Assembly (NCBI GenBank): GCA_010909165.1
Contig: MU008222.1
Span: 1-36,181, forward strand
DNA: 36,181 bases
Source: Anthoceros angustus
Taxonomy: Eukaryota > Plantae > Anthocerotophyta
Reading direction: 5' to 3'
Position 1 is the first letter of the stretch. Every line of letters starts with the position of its first letter. This document shows, piece after piece, positions 26,792 through 36,181 of this stretch. Both the position numbers and the translations under genes were made by a program. The notes under the pieces are model-generated. The model did not search any database and was not told the origin of the DNA. It was given only the letters and a program-made list of their open reading frames with translations.

Positions 26792-27325
26792 ATGCGGAGA
26801 CTACGGCAGATACGGGCAGCGAAGGACGCCCTCACGTTTGGTTACTCTCGGCGTTGAATGAGAAGGCCATTCTCTCGGCCAAACTTCTCGGCCGTTTTGC
26901 GATCCACGCCAGCGCTCGGCGCAATCTCTTCGCATCCAGCGCAATTACGAGCGGCCGCCGCCTCTGACAGGCGCACATTGCGGAACTTAGCGGAGTATTG
27001 TCGCCACCACCTCCACACTGACACTGTAGCGGTATGGGACCCAAGAAGGCGGCGGAGGTGCAGGAGTGCCAGGCGCCTAGTAGAAGAACATTATCACCAA
27101 GCGCTACCCGGTTTGGGGCCACAGGTGGTGGAGGCGAGGAGGGGCTGTGGGAATGGCACTTGGACATCTTCCAGGCGGTGTGGACCTTCGACAGCGTGAC
27201 ATTGGTCCGGGAGTACGCCCGGAAGATGCTGGTGGCGGCCAACAAAACCGTCCGCTCCAAGAGCCTGAGAGAAGACCCGAGGATATGGACCGTGGAGGTC
27301 CTGAGGGCGATCCGTCAGCAGCATC
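26792..27325 (+). pseudogene. Uncharacterised extra ORF downstream of Gypsy integrase, frameshifted and truncated by the Copia fragment (5' part also at 25324-25510)
   Basis: Joining frames gives M(A)ETTADTGSEGRPHVWLLSALNEKAILSAKLLGRFAI..RTLRNLAEYCRHHLHTDTVAVWDP..LWEWHLDIFQAVWTFDSVTLVREYARKMLVAANKTVRSKSLREDPRIWTVEVLRAI. Confidence 0.6.
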
Positions 27326-27822
27326 TTGTGCAGACCCCTGATCTTCGAAATCCAAGTGAGTCACGACATCTCCCACTGCTTGTACAGGAGGTATGTTTAC
27401 TTTTTGGTTAGCCGGAATGTTAGCATCTAGACCATCATCAGCTGCATTTAAATCCTCTTATGTTGGGCCCTCACCATCTGACTGAGGGTAATGCTGAGGG
27501 ACAACCTAAAAGTTGGCCTCTAAATCCTCAAGTCGAAGAGACCCATCTGACTCAGAATTCTGAACAATAGGTTTGTCAGCAGACATCTGTTCATATGGAG
27601 GAAATGCACGGGGATGTATAAGTTCCTTAAGGTGACACTTTTGGCCAAGGTAATTTTGGAGGTGTTGCTATCATACAACTTATAAGCCTTTGATTTCTCT
27701 GAATACCCTAAGAAGATGAGAGGGATAGACCTATCATCTAACTTGTTACGTTTGGCTTCAGGGACATACGCAAAAGCTGGTGAACCAAATACACGTAAAT
27801 AGAGCAAACTAGGCTTCCGACC

Positions 27823-28560
27823 CTAGAATGCTTCGTATGGAGTCCGACCAGGCAGGGCAGAGGTGACAACTCTGTTTAGAATGTATGTAGCTGCTACAAC
27901 TGCCTCTGCCCAAAAAACTTTAGGTAATGCTGCCCACGACAACATGAACCTGGTCATGCCCATTAGTGTTTGGTTCTTTCTCTCAGTTACTCCGTTCTGT
28001 TGTTGTGTATAGGGGACGGATAGCTGCCTCACGATGCCATGTTCTTGAAAGAGATGATCATATTTGTGGCTTGTGAACTCTCCTCCATTGTCAGTCCTCA
28101 AGCACTTGACAAGACAGCTTGTTTGGCGTTGCACCATTGGGATCCAGGCTGCTATGGTATCGAACACTTCACTTTTGAGTTTCAACGGAAAGGTCCAGGT
28201 GTATCTCGAATAGTCATCCGTGAGGGTAAGGTAGTACTCAGCACCTCCAAGTGATTTGACAGGCAGTTTTCCTGCAATGTCAGCGTGAATAAGCTCCAAA
28301 ACTGCCTTTGCACGATAAGGAGTCTTGTTTTTGAAGGGCAGCTCCTTTTGTTTTGACAGAATGCAAGAGCTGCAGGCAGCAAGGTGTTTAAAGCACGACG
28401 GGAGTCGTTCCCTATAGCATTCAGAGGTAGACATCAAGTCTAACTTAGCCTTGTTCACATGACCGAGACGAGCGTGCCACAGATTTGCTTGTGCATGGTA
28501 AGAAGTAGATAGTGCGCTAGCATGCACTTTAGAAATACAGTTGATACAGATCATTAACAA
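27823..28560 (-). CDS. Copia GAG-pre-integrase and integrase core (partial frame)
   Basis: LWHARLGH, CSSCILSKQ, IHADIAG, LTDDYSRYTW, LRTDNGGEF, QQNGVTERKNQTL, FWAEAV. Confidence 0.94.
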   Translation of the reverse strand: MLMICINCISKVHASALSTSYHAQANLWHARLGHVNKAKLDLMSTSECYRERLPSCFKHLAACSSCILSKQKELPFKNKTPYRAKAVLELIHADIAGKLPVKSLGGAEYYLTLTDDYSRYTWTFPLKLKSEVFDTIAAWIPMVQRQTSCLVKCLRTDNGGEFTSHKYDHLFQEHGIVRQLSVPYTQQQNGVTERKNQTLMGMTRFMLSWAALPKVFWAEAVVAATYILNRVVTSALPGRTPYEAF

Positions 28561-28993
28561 GGACTGCTTTCGCTATGTGTGTATCAGGATCAGAAGGATG
28601 ATACAAGTAGCACTTTCTATCCTCAAAATGAAAGCCTAAGTGCTGGTTCTGTGCTATGGCCCTAATGGACATCAAATTTTTAGACATACTGGGAACAAAC
28701 AAGACATCATGCAGACGAAGAGACTTTCCTACTGCTAGAGGTATTAGAACTGTCCCACTTCCTTTTACCTCCACTCCACGAGAATCACCGACGTATACTA
28801 ACTCTGGTGTTCTCCCCCGCTTCGAGTGGAAGGTGGAGAAGAGAGCACGATTGTTGCAAACATGGGCTGTTGCACCAGAGTCGACAAACCACATTGAGGA
28901 AGTCTCTTTGGAAGAGGTGAGGCACACAGTAAGCACTGTGCTGCTGCTCTTGGTTTGGTGTTGTCCAGAACCTTTGTTGTCTTTAGAAGTCAC
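28529..28993 (-). CDS. Copia aspartic protease (partial frame)
   Basis: WFVDSGATAHVC..VYVGDSRGVEVKGSGTV..LHDVLFVPSMSKNLMSI. Confidence 0.92.
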   Translation of the reverse strand: MTSKDNKGSGQHQTKSSSTVLTVCLTSSKETSSMWFVDSGATAHVCNNRALFSTFHSKRGRTPELVYVGDSRGVEVKGSGTVLIPLAVGKSLRLHDVLFVPSMSKNLMSIRAIAQNQHLGFHFEDRKCYLYHPSDPDTHIAKAVLVNDLYQLYF

Positions 28994-29056
28994 ATGGGCC
29001 TCAGATCGTGGATCCTTCTTGGGCTCCCCTGCATTCTTCTTCCGGCAATCTTAATC

Positions 29057-30112
29057 TCAATGCCCAGGAATTTGACACCAATTGCAATTGCCCTGGCGCT
29101 TGGGAGTAGGCGAAGTATTAGAAGCAGGTGAGTTAGAACTCTTCTTGCCTTTATCTTTACCTCGTCCAAAGTTTTTGCCTTTTGCACCATAGAGGACTTT
29201 CTCTCCTTGGAAGCGAGAGGAAGTACCTGCCTTATGCCTACTCTGCTCCTCTTGTAGGAGAGCTTCAACCACACTGTTGAACGTGACAAGAGGAGGTCTC
29301 TTGGCAGCAATGGCTACATACGAGGCTTGCAGAGATGCGTTCTGACTGGAGATGAAAGTCTGAAAACTTGCCGGCAGGCTGGAGAGCAGTTCAGCAACTC
29401 CATCCACCTCCGACATGGAGCTTCCCAAATTTTCCAGCTGCGACCTCAGGTATCGAAATTTCACGACATGGGGTCCAATGGGTTCTCCTTCACGCAGTTT
29501 TAAGCCAAAGAAGTCATTCCGAACTGCAACAAGAGTAAGAATGTTCTGTACTTGATACGTATCCTTCAGTTGTGTCCAAACATCAGCAGCAGTAGGTAAG
29601 AACTCTACTTCTGTCACTGTGCTTTCATCCAGTCTAGAGAGCAGGATAGCAAAAGCGATTTTGTTTCCTTTGACCCACTTGTCCACCTGAGCTTGTGTGA
29701 CCTCTGATTGTGTGATGTCAGGTTTTGGCTGTGAGCCACCAACATATTCCCACATGTCACGGGCATCCAGGTTATCTTGCATTCGTGCACGCCAGCTCTC
29801 AAATCGAACAGGTTTCCCATCGAACCTGTCTTTTTCCTTGAAGTCACCTAAGTAAGTGACTCCTGCAGAGGTCGACGTTGCTGGTGTAGTACTCGTCATT
29901 ATTATTGGACCTTGACCTAGTGGTGGGGCTGGGGGAACAGGTGGAGAAGGAGGAGGTTCTCCAAATAGACCAAAAGAGACCAAATTATTCAGGTAATTCC
30001 TAATGTAGTCTGAAATGTGGTCCTGTTCTTCTTGATCTGAGTCAACACTGCTCCCTGATACTGAACGTATGGGTGAGAAATATGATTCAGGATCCCTATC
30101 TTCAGCAGACAT
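29057..30112 (-). CDS. gag: Copia Gag (351 aa open, ending in a CNWCQIPGH zinc knuckle; frameshift before the last Cys)
   Basis: FDGKPVRFESWRARMQDNL..DMWEYV; TAADVWTQLKDTY; LKLREGE..HV..F; LLSSLPASF; VVEALLQEE; CNWCQIPGH. Confidence 0.93.
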   Translation of the reverse strand: MSAEDRDPESYFSPIRSVSGSSVDSDQEEQDHISDYIRNYLNNLVSFGLFGEPPPSPPVPPAPPLGQGPIIMTSTTPATSTSAGVTYLGDFKEKDRFDGKPVRFESWRARMQDNLDARDMWEYVGGSQPKPDITQSEVTQAQVDKWVKGNKIAFAILLSRLDESTVTEVEFLPTAADVWTQLKDTYQVQNILTLVAVRNDFFGLKLREGEPIGPHVVKFRYLRSQLENLGSSMSEVDGVAELLSSLPASFQTFISSQNASLQASYVAIAAKRPPLVTFNSVVEALLQEEQSRHKAGTSSRFQGEKVLYGAKGKNFGRGKDKGKKSSNSPASNTSPTPKRQGNCNWCQIPGH

Positions 30113-30675
30113 GCTCTAGAGGATGCAAATGTCTACATGAAAACTATCTGACCTAAAATAGATGTGAAACGGTAAGTGAGTGACGGTTGGTTTTCCGCTG
30201 AACCCTAAAAACGGATTTGAAAGGACATAACTAACCGTGAACAAACCTGTATGGAGAGGTGTGCAGGCTGAGATGGCTGCAAACAGAAGAGGCAGAGCAA
30301 ATCTTCACAACCCTTCAGATCCAGAGGTTGCAACGCTGGCACTAGAATGAAGAGGCACCACGCTCAATCACACCCTTACAGATCTGTAAGAAATTCAGAG
30401 TGGAGATGAGCAAGTCTGCTCACACGCAGGGACCAAGCTCGGAAGGTATGTGACCACAATTGGATCCCTCGATGAGTTCCCTACAGTGGCAGGCTAGAGC
30501 GTAAATCAGAATTGGATATAAGTGAGTGTGTTCCCACCTCTAAGCGTAATGCTTAAGTATGCGGCTACAATGCACTTCCGTTCACAATGCGTTCCCACTG
30601 GACGTAACGCACTGACAAGAGACTCCAGAACGCTTTCAGGCAAGTTCGGGAGTGCTAGACAAGTATATCGTCGCC

Positions 30676-31126
30676 ATGGTTCCGCCCGTCAGGAATAGGC
30701 AGATTCCTAGGGTGCGATGCCCGTGTCCAGCTTGCAAGCCATTGGGGAGATGCGCCCGGTTCGATATTGCCCTACGACATGTCAGACATCATACACGAAT
30801 TCGGCGAATGCAGGTAAAGGTGCTTTCACGCAAGGTGGGCAGTCCATCCATTGCGGCGGGGATCGGACGTCATAGCTTATGCTTTTGTCCTCCAGGGGCA
30901 ACCATGGAGAGGTCGAGAGGTCATGGAGCAGGAGGACCTGCTACAAGGGATGCTGGATGACTCTATTGAGGAGCTTATTGAGGTACCACACATGCGTGGC
31001 GAGGGAGCAAAGAACCAGAATGCGCAACCCGAGCTGCCAGACGACAATCCAGATGATGAAGAAGCAGTTTCCGCTAACAAGGATGACATGGCTGGGCTCA
31101 TTCATTCCATCCCCGATCAAATATAA
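30676..31126 (+). mobile_element. Possible CACTA (En/Spm) transposase-associated N-terminal domain fragment
   Basis: VRCPCPACK..LRHV resembles the IxCPCxxC..xxH pattern of the CACTA transposase-associated domain, followed by an acidic stretch (GMLDDSIEE..DDNPDDEE). No transposase core or CACTA terminus was seen. Confidence 0.4.
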
Positions 31127-31425
31127 GAAAAAAAATCAAAATGTCAATATAATACGACTAACATCTTCTTCATTTTTTTCCATATAATATCGAGATAAAT
31201 ACAAAATATGAGGGTAGATATCGATAAAAAGAGTCACTTTGGATCTATGTATATATGCATTGCTGGGCAGAAAATATGTTTGGGAAGTTTGGGAACGATG
31301 ACTTCACACCAAGAGTGAGTACTTCCATATATAATTTATTTAGATTAGATTTTGTGTAATTTCTCCATTCTTTCGGCGTAGCCGAGAACAAGAATCTACG
31401 CCTCCAAGAGATCACAGGTTGCTTA

Positions 31426-33580
31426 TTGGTACAAGCTAAGTTATCTAAGGCTTATTGGGCAGAGGCCCTCCTAACAGCAACCTATCTCATGAATCGATTG
31501 CCTACATCAGTTCAAGGTATGACTCCATATGAAGCATTCATTGGCAAGAAGCCTTCTATTGACCACCTTGATTTTTGGATCCCTGCATATGTTTTTATTC
31601 CCAAAGCATTGCGTAAGTTGGATCCCAAAGCATAAGTACACTTTCATTGGCTACAGAAGGTATCAAAGGGTACAAATTGTTCAACCCTTCTACAAGGCAA
31701 CTTTTATGCTCGAGTGTTACTTTTCATGAGTCTTACCTCTTTTCCCCACGGTGGGAGCGATAGGCTTGGTCCTCCTCTTGATGAGACCATTGACCCTTCT
31801 TATTTTGATGATCTTGATTATTTCACTCCATTTCCCATTCACCTTCTCGTGTTCCTTTAGTTGAACCTATTATGCGAGGAGGAGGAGTTAGCATCCATTC
31901 CACAACCAGCTGATGTTGACATCCAGGCGCCCGGTTGACACTCATGATGATGAGTTTGATGACCCTCGGAGGATGACATTGTGGAGCCAGATCCCGTGAT
32001 CCGCTCCATGGATGATGCACACTGCACAAAGGTACAACCTTAGATCCCGACCTACTATCTCGAGTCCTGCAGTTGGAAGGAACCTCCTTTAGGATACCTA
32101 GCTTTTGATGATCCTATACCCCTATATCACTTTATTCTCAAGCTGTCTACAAGGCAACTATAGACCCGAAGAACCTCTTACCTTAAAACAAGCTTTCTCT
32201 TCTCACGAAAAGACTTATGGAAGGTAGTAGATTCGAATATAATTCCCTAGTTAATAACTCTACATGGGAATTGGTCAAACCACCTAGGGGTAGGAAGATA
32301 GTAACCAGCAAATGGGTATTCAAAATTAAAAGAAAAGGAGATGGTTCTATAGAAAGGTATAAGGCACGTCTAGTAGCCAGAGGTTTTACACAAATTCCTG
32401 GTCTAGATTACATACCTTGGGCCACTTATGCCCCAGTAGCCAAATTTGCCACACTTCGAATGATATTTGCCTTATGTGCCCAACATGATCTTGAACTCCA
32501 CATGATGGATGTTAAGACAGCATATTTGTATGGGCGCCTGCAAGAGGAAATATACATGAGACAACCCGAGGGTTACGAAGTCAAAGGCAAAGAAGATTGG
32601 GTATGCCGACTCATCAAAGGTTTGTATGGCCTTAAGCGGTCGAGGCAAGAATTGGAATTTAACCATACATGTACAACTTATTGGGAGAGGATTTAAGCAA
32701 AGCCGGTGATGCTTGTATGTACATCCTAATATCGCAATGATATATTTTATCTTCTACTTTATGTTGATGATGTTTTATGGCAACAAACTCCCTCACTCTC
32801 CTAGCGAAACTAAAGCATGGCTTAGGACTCTATTTGAGATGTCCGATCTAGGAGAAATGACATATGCACTTGGTGTTAATATTATACGAAATAGAGGTAA
32901 TAAGACTCTAAGTATAGTTCAAACCAAGTATATTAAGGAGAGTTTAGCTAAATTTGGACTTGAGGATGCAAAGCTGCACCCACACCTTTTGCAAGTGGTG
33001 TTAGCTTACCTCGGATATGAGTCCCAAAAGCAGTGAAGAAAAGCTAGAAATGTCAGTTCCATCGACATCTTTGTTGGCACTCTAATATATTTATGCAATT
33101 TTACGAGACCGGATATATCTTTTGAAGTCGTTCGCTCACAATTCTTGGAGAACCACAGGCGTGAGCCTTTGGATGTCATTAGCGTATATTCGAGATACCT
33201 TAAAGGCACTATGTACAGGGGTGATGTTCAAGCATACACCAGCTATCAACACATTAACTCTAACGGCATATCTTGATGCCGACTATCTTTAGTGACCCGA
33301 CACACGAAAATCATGTCGGGTATGTATTACTCTTGGGAGGAGCACCAATATCCTGGTCAAGTAAGAAACAACCTACTATAGCTTTGTCAAATCAAGATAA
33401 AGTGGTACTAACCTCAGTTTCTAAAGACATAGTGTGGTCCAGGTTAGTTTTGAGTGAACTTCACCATCCTCAACTTAAGCCTGCATCTTTGTTTAGTGAT
33501 AGCCAGGGTGCCATTGCACTTGCACGAAATCCTGTTTTTCATTCTAGAACTAAACATATAGCTGTTGAGTATCTTCGTGG
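31426..33580 (+). mobile_element. pol: Ty1/Copia pol remnant 1 (integrase C-terminus, RT, RNase H), multiply frameshifted
   Basis: YWAEALLTATYLMNRLPT..TPYEAF..KLDPKA; NSTWELVKPPRGRKIVTSKWVFKIK..RYKARLVARGFTQ..MDVKTAYLYGRLQEEIYMRQPEGY..LYGLK; GYVLLLGGAPISWSSKKQ..SDSQGAIALARNPVFHSRTKHI. Confidence 0.95.
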
Positions 33581-33626
33581 AGGAAGGGTACAAAGGAGAG
33601 ATAAGCGCGGATGAAGGATTGATGGT

Positions 33627-34382
33627 GGCCAAGGGGTGCTTAAACGTTTCAACATGGAGAAGGGGAAGCCATTGGGTACTCCATTGCCTCCATATGTGAA
33701 ACTTTCAAGCGCGAATTGCCCAAGCTCTGAGCAGGACAAAGCTGAAATGGAGAAGGTCCCATACTCATCAGCTGTAGGGAGTTTGATGTATGCAATGATT
33801 GCTACGTCGACATTGCCTTTGCGGTGGGAGTGGTTAGCGAGTTATGTCAAACCACAGCAAGAAGCATTGGGAGGCGATAAAAGGAGTTATGAGGTCTGGT
33901 ACACAAAAGCTTTGTGCATATGTTTTGGTAGTGAAGATGCATGTGTGGTTGGGTACACGGATCTGATTATCACGAGGATATGGACAAAGGAGGTCCACAT
34001 CGAGTTATGTCTTCACGTGCCTTTGGAGGCGATCTCATGGCGATCTCGTTTGCGATCGTGCATTACGCTATCTACCACAGGCCGAGTATGTTGCGACAGC
34101 GAGGCTTGCAAGGAAGCCATATGGCTTGCTCGTTTAGTGGGAGACTTGGGGATCAAGGTTGAGCGCGGTGTTGCATTGTGATAGCAGTGCTATCAATTGG
34201 CAAAGAATCCGATGTTTCATGCGAAGACTAAACATGTGGATGTGAGTATCACTTCATTCGAGAGGTGTTGGATGACAAGAGGTACAACTTGTCAAGGTTC
34301 ACCGGAACCTATGAGATATTCTTACCAAGGGACTCTCTACAGACAATTTGCACAAGCTCGGACAACGATGGGCATGAGATAG
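33627..34382 (+). mobile_element. pol: Ty1/Copia pol remnant 2 (RT C-terminus and RNase H) from a different element
   Basis: VLKRFNMEKGKPLGTPLP..EMEKVPYSSAVGSLMYAMI..ISWRSRL..EACKEAIWLARLVGDLG..AKNPMFHAKTKHVDV. Confidence 0.9.
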
Positions 34383-34410
34383 TCCATTCTCTGAAGGTAA
34401 ATTGGCCTTT

Positions 34411-34421
34411 AAGTGGGAGGT
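34411..34421 (+). other. Polypurine tract of the Copia element
   Basis: AAGTGGGAGGT immediately before TGTAAGG, a typical Copia PPT/LTR junction. Confidence 0.8.
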
Positions 34422-34810
34422 TGTAAGGGTATTAAAGCCCAATGTACTTAGACTAATACACTTAGTCTAAGTTAGGTGTCAGTTAAGTATCATTAGTTTA
34501 GTTGAAGCTAATCACTAGGAAGCTTCTTGTGCTCCTTCCTAGAGGCTTCTTGTGGAGCTTCCTAGGGAGCCCTATTGGATGGTATAAATACCCTCCAAGC
34601 CTCATCTCAATGTGAGAGAGTTACACTTGCCTCCTCCTCTCCTCTCCTCTTTCCACCATCATGGGCTGCCACACGATCCTTCAAGGGACACGCACTGTCC
34701 TACGCACCTACATACATGCAGGGACCCCTGTCCTACCTATGTAGGGTCACCCTTATCACCCTACGTACTACCTTAACATACATGTATTACCTATGTAGGG
34801 TCACCCTTTG
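34422..34810 (+). mobile_element. Copia 3' LTR (starts TG; 3' end uncertain or truncated)
   Basis: TG start after the PPT, TATAAATA at 34583-34590, and an internal repeat CCTATGTAGGGTCACCCTT. Confidence 0.7.
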
Positions 34811-35644
34811 TATGCGGAGAGTGGAGGCCGCTGGGATCAGATGGAGGCGGGTGGCGGAGGAGGCGGAAGAAGGTGTGTGCAGGCGAGTCGGGTCTTTGGA
34901 GCAGAGAGGCGGCGGCGTCGTCGTTACACACACAAACACAAAACATGTTTGTTTGTGTGCACTATGGACAGCCAAAAATCACGGGGGATTGGGAGGAGGC
35001 GGAAGAAGGTGTGTGCACTATGGACAAAGGAGGTCCACATCGAGTTATGTCTTCACGTGCCTTTGGAGGCGAGGGGCAAAAGGCGCGTAATAAACATGAG
35101 GCGGTTGTCGAGAGAGAGAATGATGGAGGACTAAGAGGGCATCATGTGCTTGATATCGGCAAAAGGCCAGGTGATGGAGGCGGGTGGCGGAGGGCGGAAG
35201 TTTCCTATATGTGCATACGATGGAGGCGAGGAGGCGGGTGTTGAAGTGGGCGATGTGCCTAATTTCGCATAGATACATACCTTGCGTCTCGGATCTTTGA
35301 GAGCATGGACACAGTGGAGCCCAGTTGAGGCAATGCCACATGTGATAAAGGGTGGAGGCCGAAAGAGGAAAATGTCCAGCAAGAAGCATTGGGAGGAGGC
35401 GGCGGTGGGCGAGTGACAAGGGCACGCGCATACAACCGGAAGAACGAGGATGTAAGAGGAAAATGTCCAGCAAGAAGGCGGAAGAAAAAGGAGGATTGCG
35501 AGGCAAGGTAAGGCAAATGGACAGCTTCGAAACCCATTAATGGATAACTCATGATGGGCAAGCTGGTTTGTATGTGCAAAGTGTGTATGTGGAGGAAGCG
35601 ATGCAAATGGCAAAGAATCCGATGTTTCATGCGAAGACTAAACA

Positions 35645-36181
35645 TATGTTTGCTTGGGGCTTGGCCCAACGACTTGGCGTTTTCGACGGGTCGTGCGGAA
35701 AAATAGGGTCCGTTGTGTTTGTGCACACAAAACATGTTTGTTTGTGTTTGTTTGTGTGTTTGTGCACACACAAACACGACATGCACTCAAACACACAAAC
35801 ACACAAAACATGTTTGCTTGGGGCTTGGCCCAACGACTTGGCATTTTTCGACGGGTCGTGCGGAAAATAGGGTCCGTTGTGTTTGTGCACACAAAACATG
35901 TTTGTTTGTGTGTGTTTGTTTGTGTTTTGTGTGTATTTGTGTTTGTGCACACACAAACACAAAACATGTTTGTTTGTGTGTTTGTGCACACAAAACACAA
36001 AACACACAAACACGACATGCACTCAAACACGACATGCACTCAAACACGACATGCACTCAAACACGACATGCACTCAAACACACCGGCACAACATTTAAAA
36101 TTCAGGTCTCAAACACGACATGCACTCAAACACACAAAACATGTTTGCTTGGGGCTTGGCCCAACGACTTGGCATTTTCGA
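35645..36181 (+). repeat. rDNA IGS long-type subrepeats (3 heads) with CA/GT-rich expansions; runs off the window end
   Basis: ATGTTTGCTTGGGGCTTGGCCCAACGACTTGGC..TTTTCGACGGGTCG..GGAAAAATAGGGTCCGTTGTG matches 21216-21320. Confidence 0.9.
36007..36074 (+). repeat. 17-bp tandem repeat (CAAACACGACATGCACT)x4; single copies at ~35771 and ~36110
   Basis: Direct reading. Confidence 0.93.

Larger units (their letters stand above)
24029..26968. repeat. Head-to-tail duplication of ~1.47 kb (24029-25507 and 25508-26968): integrase core/C-terminus, 3' noncoding region and start of the extra ORF
   Basis: AGAAAAGATACATCTTGGTGGCAACC occurs in both units, and CGCCGCCTCTGAC ends both. The junction microhomology is GAC. 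Confidence 0.93.
27330..30112 (-). mobile_element. Ty1/Copia internal region (gag-protease-integrase), truncated before RT
   Basis: Domain order gag, PR, GAG-pre-IN, IN on the minus strand. The IN C-terminal motif LRVFGSPAFAYVP..KLDDRS..FLGYS..KAYKLYD is at 27520-27807. Confidence 0.95.

Noticed and set aside
27330-33580. One inverted or split Copia element formed by the minus-strand gag-PR-IN and the plus-strand IN-RT-RH
   Set aside because: The overlapping integrase C-termini differ (FWAEAVVAATYILNRVVTS versus YWAEALLTATYLMNRLPTS), so they are separate elements.

Overview
Eukaryotic nuclear DNA from a seed-free land plant (fern, lycophyte or bryophyte; not resolvable further by eye). The 5.8S carries GAATTGCAGAATTC rather than the angiosperm GAATTGCAGAATCC. 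The core is one 45S rDNA unit on the + strand: IGS subrepeats, a putative Pol I start TATATAG at 11416-11422, 5'ETS, 18S 12434-14247, ITS1, 5.8S, ITS2 and LSU 17033-20446, followed by IGS. The unit is abnormal because a ~1.01 kb block (3' ITS1-5.8S-ITS2-5' LSU) is present three times in tandem. Both flanks are decayed, nested LTR-retrotransposon DNA (Ty3/Gypsy gag and pol, three Ty1/Copia pieces, a possible CACTA fragment), interspersed with orphan IGS subrepeats and a ~600 bp TCTAGGG-type telomere-like array. No intact host protein-coding gene is supported, and most ORF-track entries are artefacts of GC-rich repeats or rRNA. The most notable observations are: the rDNA internal triplication; two more kb-scale tandem duplications with microhomology junctions; an uncharacterised retroelement extra-ORF family seen in two distant copies; a second, diverged promoter-like module fused directly to a Gypsy pol fragment; and patchwork filler-like regions. 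Caveat: duplicated copies differ almost only by small indels in homopolymers and short repeats, which looks like noisy long-read consensus. Frameshifts and even the duplications need read-level validation.
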